Shown piece by piece: positions 36,850-43,853 of a DNA stretch of 64,000 bases. The stretch is from an uncultured Bacteroidales bacterium (GTDB lineage Bacteria; Bacteroidota; Bacteroidia; Bacteroidales; UBA3824), in the NCBI GenBank assembly GCA_946624925.1, contig CAMOSO010000027.1:23115-87114 (forward strand), read 5' to 3'. Both the position numbers and the translations under genes were made by a program. The notes under the pieces were generated by a model. That model saw nothing but the letters and a program-made list of their open reading frames with translations. It made no database searches and was not told the DNA's origin. How positions within the stretch are numbered: the first letter of the stretch is position 1; each line of letters begins with the position of its first letter.

Positions 36850-37368
36850 TCACGCCATATTTTCACGCAGTATCTCACACAATTGCCCGACATAGTAGAA
36901 CGGGACGTTGATAAGGCGGTAAGGGCGGCTTTCGGGTGCGGGAGTTGATACGTCTTGTACGGAATAATCGCCACTCCATACCCGTACTGCCGTTACATGG
37001 GAGTCGGCATTGTTGACGTAACTATGTAATGAACGCATGTGCGAGTTTGTGCCTGTTTTCACCTCGATGGGGATTATTTGTGAGTTGTATTGCCATACAA
37101 AATCAATTTCGGCTGTTGTACCTTACAAGTATTGCCAAATGGCTTTTACGTCATCTGTCTGTGTGAAAATATGAGCGTCTTCGGACAATTCGAGGTTTAC
37201 TTCAATGAAAACATCAAACTCTTTTCCGAACTCATGCACCAATGTACTTTTGCCCACTTGTCGTGCGCCACGTATTACAAGCGGCTTGCGAGGAGTTCTT
37301 TCGCTCCATTGCCTAAGTTGTGATATAAGTTCTCTTTCGTACATAATTACTTGTTTTTGTGTCCGCAA
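36850..37368 (-). pseudogene. Internally deleted AAA+ ATPase (COG1373 / DUF4143-type) gene with an in-frame stop
   Basis: The N-terminal part (37123..37368) carries the Walker A motif LVIRGARQVGKSTLV. The same frame continues after the TAA at 37123-37125 into ...IIPIEVKTGTNSHMRSLHSY...VRVWSGDYS...LINVPFYYVGQL, which is the family C-terminus. Only 173 codons remain, which looks well short of the full-length proteins of this family as I recall them. Confidence 0.6.
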
Positions 37369-37380
37369 AGATAATAATTA

Positions 37381-37464
37381 TTTCTAAAACATAGGCAAAA
37401 AGCATCAAAATTCTTTCTAAAACATAGGCAACATCTGCCAAAAATATTTCTAAAACATAGCCAA
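37381..37464. repeat. Three 18-bp direct repeats TTTCTAAAACATAG(G/C)CAA at exact 33-bp phasing
   Basis: Copies start at 37381, 37414 and 37447; the third has one mismatch. They lie between the ATPase pseudogene start and the promoter of the DUF4065-like gene. Confidence 0.85.
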
Positions 37465-37523
37465 CATAAAATTATGTCAACAGAAAAATCACTAAAAAAT
37501 TTTGCAGAGTATATGATAATTGT

Positions 37524-37531
37524 TATATTTG
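37524..37531 (+). promoter_or_regulatory. Bacteroides-type -7 box TATATTTG for the two-gene module
   Basis: It fits TAnnTTTG exactly and lies 22 nt before the ATG at 37554. A TTTG occurs at 37501-37504 in a -33-like position. Confidence 0.5.
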
Positions 37532-37553
37532 CCACAAAATAAAATTATCGCCT

Positions 37554-38105
37554 ATGTCTCGTAATAGATTATTCAAACAGGACGTTACTATCCAAGCAAT
37601 CCTGTACATTTTACAGGAGATGGGAGGTGTATGCGACATCCACAAGTGCCACAAGATTCTCTATTTTTCTGATAATGAACATTTGTCGCGTTGGGGAAGG
37701 TCTATTACAGGCGATTCGTACATCAAAATGGAATTCGGTCCTGTGCCGTCCTGTGTTTACGATATGTTGAAGGCAGTAAGGGGCGATAGTTTTTTTGCTC
37801 CACAGGTCAAAGACATCAGGGACAACCTATTTCATTTTGTAAATCAGAAGGATATACAACTTACATCCGCTCCTGATATGGATTATTTGTCAGAATCGGA
37901 AGTTGAAATTTTGGACAAATATATTACGAAATTCAAAAGTCTTACATTCCAGCAAGTATCAGAAATTTCGCACGGATATGCATGGAGCAACACAAAACGC
38001 TACGGCGAAATATCAGTGCGAGACAGACTTACTGAACTTGGCGACAACGATGATTATATCAATTTTGTAGAAGAACAACTAAAAGCGGAGGAGGCTTTTG
38101 TCTGA
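37554..38105 (+). CDS. Panacea / SocA-like (DUF4065) antitoxin-domain protein
   Basis: 183 aa. ILYILQEMGGVCDIHKCHKILYFSDNEHLSRWGRSITGDSYIKMEFGPVPSCVYDML fits my recollection of the DUF4065 pattern (KhLYF...G.Ph...Y....GPV...hY). This is a motif-level call only. Confidence 0.6.
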   Translation: MSRNRLFKQDVTIQAILYILQEMGGVCDIHKCHKILYFSDNEHLSRWGRSITGDSYIKMEFGPVPSCVYDMLKAVRGDSFFAPQVKDIRDNLFHFVNQKDIQLTSAPDMDYLSESEVEILDKYITKFKSLTFQQVSEISHGYAWSNTKRYGEISVRDRLTELGDNDDYINFVEEQLKAEEAFV

Positions 38106-38521
38106 TGGAACTGCCTACATCCATAATAGCCGGTTCATTAGGCAGGGGTTCTATTTTGCTTTCTGATTTTGAAGGCATCGACCACAGAAAATTTTTCGTT
38201 GTGATGGGAATCAGCAATTACAAGGTATGTGGGTTCTTTTTTATCAATTCAAATATTCATCCACTTGTTTTAAAAAAACAGGAACTCCTTGACTTGCAAT
38301 ACCCGTTGAAACATTCTGATTATCCTTTTCTTAAATATGATTCGTTTCTATGTGCTTCTACGGTCATAGAACGCAGCCTTGACGAAATATCCGAGGATAT
38401 TAATAGAGGCGGTACATCTATCATTGGACAACTGAAAGACAAACACATTGCCGATGTTTTGCAAATGGTAAGGGCATCTGTTGCCATCAGCAAAAGGCAC
38501 AAAAGGTTGTATTTCCAATAA
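38105..38521 (+). CDS. Hypothetical 138-aa protein, translationally coupled partner of the DUF4065-like gene (candidate toxin)
   Basis: The start overlaps the upstream stop (TGATG). I recognise no family. The gene is AT-rich like its partner. Confidence 0.55.
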   Translation: MELPTSIIAGSLGRGSILLSDFEGIDHRKFFVVMGISNYKVCGFFFINSNIHPLVLKKQELLDLQYPLKHSDYPFLKYDSFLCASTVIERSLDEISEDINRGGTSIIGQLKDKHIADVLQMVRASVAISKRHKRLYFQ

Positions 38522-38583
38522 TCATCATATAAAATATCCGTGTATTGGATTCCTAAACTTTCTAATACTTAGTCTATTATACC

Positions 38584-39795
38584 ATGTCAACCCCTAAACT
38601 CAACGGTACGGTAATAGTTACTTACCGTTGCAATGCGCGTTGCTCGATGTGCAACCGCTACAAGGCTCCGAGCAAGGCGGAGGAGGAAATCTCCATCGAA
38701 ACTATCAAGAAACTGCCCAAGATGTATTTCACCAACATCACCGGCGGCGAGCCTTTTATCAGGACGGATCTCAAGGAAATCGTCCGCGAACTTTATAAAC
38801 TCAGCGACCGCATCGTAATCTCCACCAACGGATTCTTCACGGACAGGATTTTGGATCTTTGCAAGGAGTTCCCGCAGATTGGAATCAGGATTTCTATCGA
38901 GGGTTTGGAAAAGACCAACAACGAGATTCGCGGTCTCAACGACGGCTATCAACGCGGATACACCACGCTCAAAAAACTCCGCGAAATGGGCATGAAGGAT
39001 GTCGGATTTGGCATGACTGTTCAAGACAAGAATGCGCCCGACCTCGTGCCTCTCTACAATATCAGCAACGAGATGGGAATGGAATTTGCAACCGCATCTC
39101 TGCACAATTCGTTCTACTTTGTGGAGGCAAAAAACATCATCCACGACCGTCCGATGGTGGCGAAGAATTTTGAAAACCTCGTCAACGAACTTCTGAAATC
39201 CAATTCGCCGAAAAAATGGTTCAGGGCGTATTTCAACCACGGTCTTATTAATTACATCTACGGACAAAAACGCTTGTTGCCGTGCGATATGAGTTTTGAT
39301 ACATTCTTCATCGACCCGTATGGAGACGTGATGCCCTGCAACGGCACCAAGGACAAGGAAGTGATGGGCAACCTCAACCGTCAGACCTGGGACGAACTTT
39401 GGAACTCGCCCGAGGCGGAAAAGGTGCGCAAAAAAGTACGTTGTTGTGACCGAAATTGTTGGATGATTGGTTCTGTATCGCCCGCAATGCACAAGTATTT
39501 CAGCAAACCGGCATGGTGGGTTTTCAAGCACAAATTGAAATCCATTTTTGGCAAGAAATATTCGATGTACGAGAATCCAATTTGTTGCGACTACCGCGAC
39601 GGCAAGGTTACCAAAGAGGATTTGGACAAACTCTCCACCTGCGACCTGAATGCCGAAATCAACAATGGTTTAAGTGCCGATTCTGTGGAGGCATTGAAAG
39701 GCAAACGCGGCGAGGATATTGTGAACGCTGATGTTGAATCGCAAGGATACGAAGGCACTGTCGCAGAAACGGATAGGAAGATTGAGATAAAGTAG
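38584..39795 (+). CDS. Radical SAM protein (possibly with a SPASM-like C-terminal Cys cluster)
   Basis: CNARCSMC (Cx3Cx2C) at residues 16-23, GGEPF, and later Cys motifs PCDMS...MPCNG...CCDRNCW. Base composition returns to that of the flanks at this gene. Confidence 0.85.
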   Translation: MSTPKLNGTVIVTYRCNARCSMCNRYKAPSKAEEEISIETIKKLPKMYFTNITGGEPFIRTDLKEIVRELYKLSDRIVISTNGFFTDRILDLCKEFPQIGIRISIEGLEKTNNEIRGLNDGYQRGYTTLKKLREMGMKDVGFGMTVQDKNAPDLVPLYNISNEMGMEFATASLHNSFYFVEAKNIIHDRPMVAKNFENLVNELLKSNSPKKWFRAYFNHGLINYIYGQKRLLPCDMSFDTFFIDPYGDVMPCNGTKDKEVMGNLNRQTWDELWNSPEAEKVRKKVRCCDRNCWMIGSVSPAMHKYFSKPAWWVFKHKLKSIFGKKYSMYENPICCDYRDGKVTKEDLDKLSTCDLNAEINNGLSADSVEALKGKRGEDIVNADVESQGYEGTVAETDRKIEIK

Positions 39796-39950
39796 CTACT
39801 ACCTCTTCCCTCGTCCTGTAATCCACAGCCACACCGCAGATATGCAGGCAATTATTGCAATCCCTACATATTGAATGGCTTCTATTATTGTTGTGAAAAA
39901 CTTTTTCATAATAGCGCAAAGATAATCATAATATTTTAAATCCAAAAATT

Positions 39951-41084
39951 TTGAAAATCGTTGTTACTGGCACTCGTGGCATACCTAATGTCATGGGCGG
40001 GGTGGAGACTCATTGTGAGGAGTTGTTTCCGAGAATTGCGGCAATGGGCGTTGATGTAACAGTAGTTAGACGCAGCAATTATGTTTCGGACGGCCTTACA
40101 GATTGGAAGGGCGTTAAGATTGTTGACATCCAAAGCCCAAAGAAAAAATCATTCGAGGCGGTCATACATACTTTTCGCGCCGTCAACTATGCCGTGAAGG
40201 CAAAGGCGGATGTTTTGCACGTCCACGCCATTGGTCCGGCATTGCTTGTGCCATACGCCAAAATGCGCGGATTGAAGGTGGTTTTTACGCATCATGGACC
40301 TGATTATGACCGCGACAAATGGGGGTTTTTGGCAAAAACTATGCTCAAACTCGGAGAAAGGTTTGGTTGTAGGTTTGCCGACAAGGTGATTGTTATCTCC
40401 AATGTAATCAAGGATTTGATTGCACGAAAATACAACCGCACATCCGACGTGCACCTTATATATAATGGTGTGCCTGAGCCGGATATTTGTAGTTTTCCTG
40501 AATATTTTGACGAACTTGGCATCAAGGGAGGCAAGTTTGTATTGGGCATGTGCCGTTTTGTGCCGGAGAAAAATCTCCATCATTTGGTATCGGCTTTTGT
40601 GAAATGGCGCAGCAATAATCCCAATTCAGACATAAAACTCGTCCTTGCTGGCGATACGGATTTTGAGGACGATTATTCACGGTCGCTCAAACAAATGGCG
40701 CGGGACAACGGCGTAGTCTTGACTGGTTTTATCAAGGGCAGAAAGTTACATTCGCTGTTGTCGCATTGCGCGTGTTATGTGTTGCCATCGAGCCATGAAG
40801 GTCTGCCGATAGCATTGTTGGAGGCGATGAGTTATGGCGCAAGAGTGATTGTGAGCGACATTCCGGCAAATTTGGAAGTCGGATTGCCCAAAGAATGTTA
40901 TTTCCCGTGCGGCGATGTTGATGCGTTGACAAGTAGGATTGGAGAAGTATTGTTGGAATGCGAACGGCTCGTCCGCGATGGCAATGATGGCAGGCGAGCC
41001 GCCTGCACTCCAAAATATGATATGTCAAAATACAATTGGGACGAAATTGCGAAGCAAGTATTAGAGGTATATAAAAGTTTATAA
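39951..41084 (+). CDS. Glycosyltransferase family 4 with a DUF1972-type N-terminus (WchF/rhamnosyltransferase-like)
   Basis: MKIVVTGTRGIPNVMGGVETHCEEL is the DUF1972 signature, and the C-terminal part has PSSHEGLPIALLEAMSYGARVIVSDI. The start appears to be a TTG at 39951, with no in-frame ATG nearby. Confidence 0.8.
   Translation: MKIVVTGTRGIPNVMGGVETHCEELFPRIAAMGVDVTVVRRSNYVSDGLTDWKGVKIVDIQSPKKKSFEAVIHTFRAVNYAVKAKADVLHVHAIGPALLVPYAKMRGLKVVFTHHGPDYDRDKWGFLAKTMLKLGERFGCRFADKVIVISNVIKDLIARKYNRTSDVHLIYNGVPEPDICSFPEYFDELGIKGGKFVLGMCRFVPEKNLHHLVSAFVKWRSNNPNSDIKLVLAGDTDFEDDYSRSLKQMARDNGVVLTGFIKGRKLHSLLSHCACYVLPSSHEGLPIALLEAMSYGARVIVSDIPANLEVGLPKECYFPCGDVDALTSRIGEVLLECERLVRDGNDGRRAACTPKYDMSKYNWDEIAKQVLEVYKSL
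40990..41012 (-). repeat. Dispersed hairpin element, copy C, embedded in the glycosyltransferase CDS
   Basis: The minus strand reads TGGAGTGCAGGCGGCTCGCCTGC. On the coding strand it encodes ...GRRAACTP... about 25 codons before the stop. Confidence 0.7.
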
Positions 41085-41107
41085 CCATCCATCCCCCCAA
41101 AAAAAAT

Positions 41108-41146
41108 CAGACCGCCCTGCCTGTATCTCTCAGGTGGGGCGGTCTG
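41108..41146. terminator. Bidirectional rho-independent terminator candidate between the CPS locus and secG
   Basis: CAGACCGCCC (41108-41117) pairs with GGGCGGTCTG (41137-41146). There is extra inner pairing (CCTG/CAGG), with an A-run before and a T-run after. Confidence 0.7.
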
Positions 41147-41171
41147 TTTGTGTCATTACGGATGCAGACGA

Positions 41172-41507
41172 TTATTCGCCGGGCTGCAACGACGGTGCGG
41201 TGGTGGTGCTGGCGGGTGCCTGGGGAACTACGTTCTGATTGATCATGATGTCCCTGACGCCCGATTCCTGGTTGCCCTGGTTTTTGGTGCCGTTGGAAAC
41301 ACTTGCCACAATGCTGAGGACAGCTACGATGATTACGAGTCCCCAAGTGTATTTTTCAAGTTTGCTTTTCTGTTCGGCTACACCGCCAAACTGGGTGCCG
41401 GCATTGAGGTTGGGTGCCAAACCGCCGCCCTTGGAGTTTTGAACGAGTACGATGAGTACCAAAAGTACTGCTGCGATTACGATAAGTGCAATTAAAACTG
41501 TGTACAT
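41172..41507 (-). CDS. secG: Preprotein translocase subunit SecG
   Basis: MYTVLIALIVIAAVLLVLIVLVQNSKGGGL is the typical SecG N-terminus, and a second TM segment is present. Confidence 0.85.
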   Translation of the reverse strand: MYTVLIALIVIAAVLLVLIVLVQNSKGGGLAPNLNAGTQFGGVAEQKSKLEKYTWGLVIIVAVLSIVASVSNGTKNQGNQESGVRDIMINQNVVPQAPASTTTAPSLQPGE

Positions 41508-41516
41508 TTTTATTAA

Positions 41517-43298
41517 TTATTGTTTGTTGTTCATTAGTTTCTTGATTTCTTCGATCTGCGCTGCAAAGTAAGCACTTTTTTCGGGATATTTCAAGTTAAG
41601 TTTTTCATAACTTGCAATCGCCTTGTCATAGTGTCCCTGCTGGATGTAGAGCTTTGCGAGCTTCTCGGAGTAGAGTTCGGGCTGCTTTACCGAATCCTGA
41701 CCCATGTCGCCTGCTGTAACTTCCTTGTTGCGGTCGAGATGGTGATCTTCTTGCAGGAACTTGTCGATGAGGTTGGGACTATCGGTCTTTGCAGGTGCCG
41801 GCTCCGTCTGCTTGTACTTGTTGAGACGGGCGAGAAGTTTGTCTGCCGCCGACATTTCAGTTGCTTCCTCCGCAGGTTTGGCAGGTTCGATGGGCTTCGC
41901 TGGCTCTTCGGCTTTCACTTCCTCTACTACGACAGCGTTTTCTACTGGCTCTATCGTTGTGGTAACGGTCTCCGTCACTGTTGTTGTAGTTACGGTAGTT
42001 GTAACAGCTTTTGCAGCGTCTTCGGCCGCTTTTGCTTTTGCAGCTTCGGCTTCGGCTTTTGCCTTTGCTGCGGCTGCTTCCGCTTCCGCCTGGGCTTTTG
42101 CAGCTGCTTCTGCCTCTGCTTTTGCCTTTGCTGCGGCGGCTTCCGCCTCCGCCTTGGCTTTTGCTGCGGCGGCTTCCGCTTCGGCTTTTGCCTTGGCTGC
42201 CGCCGCCTCTGCCTCCGCTACACGTTTTGCCTCCTCTTCGGCTGCGGCTTTGGTCTTCTTCGCCTCCTCTTCGGCGATGATGCGTTTTCTATTTGCCTCC
42301 TCGCGCTCTTTGCGAAGCATTGCTATCTTGTCGAGGATTTCGTCCTTGTTGCCGTCTTTGGGCTGTTCAGCCTTCGGAGCTTCTGCCTTCGGAGCTTCTG
42401 CCTTCGGAGCTTCAGTTTTTGGAGCTTCGGGCTTGGACTCCTCGGCTTTTGCGGGTTCTTCCGACGCCTTGATGGTCTTTTCTTCTACTGTGGTAACTAC
42501 CGTGGTGGTAGTGGTCTGCTTTGATGCAGCAGTACGGTCGTTGATTACAGTGCCACGGTCTATCTGACTCTTTGCGGCGAGTTCGGCGGCTGCAGATTTT
42601 ATCGAGCCATCTGCCGCGACGTTGGTGGCTACTGTTTCATATTGTTCCTTGTCCTTGAGGTCAAAGAAATCTTTCACGAGATTTTCGTGGTTTTGCTTGC
42701 GTTCCTCGTTGGACAATACTTTCTTGTCGTTGCCTTCCTGAGCCTTGGGCTTTATTGTGGGACGGTCCTTGGACTCTTTGGCTTCTTTGGTCTCCTGAGA
42801 CTCTTTGGGTTCTTTGATTTCCTTAACCTCTATCACAGGAGTTTTCTTCTCGGTCTGCGTCTCGATTACAGTGGTGGTGGTCTTTGTTGTTATGACACTT
42901 GCCTTGTCGGTCGATGCTGGCGCGCTGACTTCTACCTTCACTGACGGAGCTTTCTTTTCCTCCTGTTTGGGTGTATCATCCTTCTTTTCCTCGGTCTTGG
43001 GTGCAGATGGTGCCGTTGCCGCAGGTTTTGCTGCCGACTTGTTTTCGGCGGCGTCGTCTGTTGTGGCACGGAGTAAGTTGTGCAATACCGACCTGTCGGA
43101 TACATACAGCGATTCTTTGGGCAACTTTTCCTTCACAAGCTTTGGGTTGATTCTGTTGAGTGCCTTCAGATACAGAAGGTGCGCCGTCTGGAAGAAGGGA
43201 AACTGCTTGATAAGCTGTTCCATCTCCACGACGGAGCTGTCGTTGAGCTGCTCCGGCTCTACGAGGTATTTGAAGAATTGTTTTGAAGTCATAATCAA
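41517..43298 (-). CDS. Low-complexity (Ala/Glu/Lys/Pro-rich) protein with a C-terminal TPR
   Basis: 593 aa. The C-terminus is [32 protein letters not shown]. The middle consists of [11 protein letters not shown] and EAPKA repeats. Confidence 0.75.
   Translation of the reverse strand: MIMTSKQFFKYLVEPEQLNDSSVVEMEQLIKQFPFFQTAHLLYLKALNRINPKLVKEKLPKESLYVSDRSVLHNLLRATTDDAAENKSAAKPAATAPSAPKTEEKKDDTPKQEEKKAPSVKVEVSAPASTDKASVITTKTTTTVIETQTEKKTPVIEVKEIKEPKESQETKEAKESKDRPTIKPKAQEGNDKKVLSNEERKQNHENLVKDFFDLKDKEQYETVATNVAADGSIKSAAAELAAKSQIDRGTVINDRTAASKQTTTTTVVTTVEEKTIKASEEPAKAEESKPEAPKTEAPKAEAPKAEAPKAEQPKDGNKDEILDKIAMLRKEREEANRKRIIAEEEAKKTKAAAEEEAKRVAEAEAAAAKAKAEAEAAAAKAKAEAEAAAAKAKAEAEAAAKAQAEAEAAAAKAKAEAEAAKAKAAEDAAKAVTTTVTTTTVTETVTTTIEPVENAVVVEEVKAEEPAKPIEPAKPAEEATEMSAADKLLARLNKYKQTEPAPAKTDSPNLIDKFLQEDHHLDRNKEVTAGDMGQDSVKQPELYSEKLAKLYIQQGHYDKAIASYEKLNLKYPEKSAYFAAQIEEIKKLMNNKQ
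42031..42430 (-). repeat. In-frame coding tandem repeats: about 33-bp units ([11 protein letters not shown], about 5.5 copies, roughly 42031-42222) and 15-bp units (EAPKA, about 4 copies, roughly 42368-42430)
   Basis: Read directly from the DNA and the translation. The unit boundaries are approximate. Confidence 0.75.
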
Positions 43299-43340
43299 TA
43301 CAATATTTTTAGTTCCTTATACTTTTGTTTTCCTTGTTAG

Positions 43341-43853
43341 CTACCAATTGACTACTGAGTCGTTGAAAATGTCGTCTATGAGCATCTCCACAATTTCGTC
43401 CACGAGCGCAGACTCCACTGATGAGAATGAGCTTGAGACGTCGTAATCGGCATACCGCGAATATGACTTGTCGAAGTCGTTTTCCGGTGCCGTCTGGTTG
43501 GTGAATGTCACCTTCAATGTAATCGTCAGCCTGTTGCTTGCAGCAGTTTCGCCCGCCTTGATGGCAGCGGTGGTAATCGAGTACCCCGTTATCGTGCCTT
43601 CAAAGTGGAGGTCGCCGCCGTCCTTGACGAGTGTGAGCGGTGTCTGACTCATGAAGCGGTCTTTCAGGTCTTCCGTTATCTTGGAGCTCAGGGTCGAATT
43701 GACGTATGTACTCCTGTTTTGGAAGTAGTCGATTGCCACCGTCTTTGCCGTGCCGTATGACGCACCCGTGAATGAGTATATTCCGCAGGCTGTCATCATC
43801 GTCATCATTGCCGCTATCATTGCCGCTATGAGGATTCTCCTTGTCTTCATCAT
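43341..43853 (-). CDS. LptE-like LPS-assembly lipoprotein
   Basis: Lipobox MMTMMTACG, a size of 170 aa, and a conserved position between the sigma-54 activator and the TPR/secG genes. Confidence 0.55.
   Translation of the reverse strand: MMKTRRILIAAMIAAMMTMMTACGIYSFTGASYGTAKTVAIDYFQNRSTYVNSTLSSKITEDLKDRFMSQTPLTLVKDGGDLHFEGTITGYSITTAAIKAGETAASNRLTITLKVTFTNQTAPENDFDKSYSRYADYDVSSSFSSVESALVDEIVEMLIDDIFNDSVVNW

Noticed and set aside
37381-37464. Could the three 18-bp repeats be a mini-CRISPR array?
   Set aside because: There are only three copies, with 15-nt spacers that are far too short. The repeats are not palindromic and there are no cas genes, so an operator/iteron-type array is more plausible.
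38587-39531. 314-aa antisense ORF opposite the radical-SAM gene, and 495-aa antisense ORF 62286..63773 opposite the helicase gene
   Set aside because: Both are mirror-frame ORFs with no motifs. The sense-strand genes carry unambiguous family signatures (Cx3Cx2C; helicase motifs).
41631-42567. Cys/Phe/Leu-rich and Ala/Ser-rich plus-strand ORFs (297 and 268 aa) opposite the low-complexity TPR gene
   Set aside because: These are artefacts of reading the reverse strand of GCx/GAA/AAA repeats. The minus-strand protein has a proper N-terminus and a C-terminal TPR.
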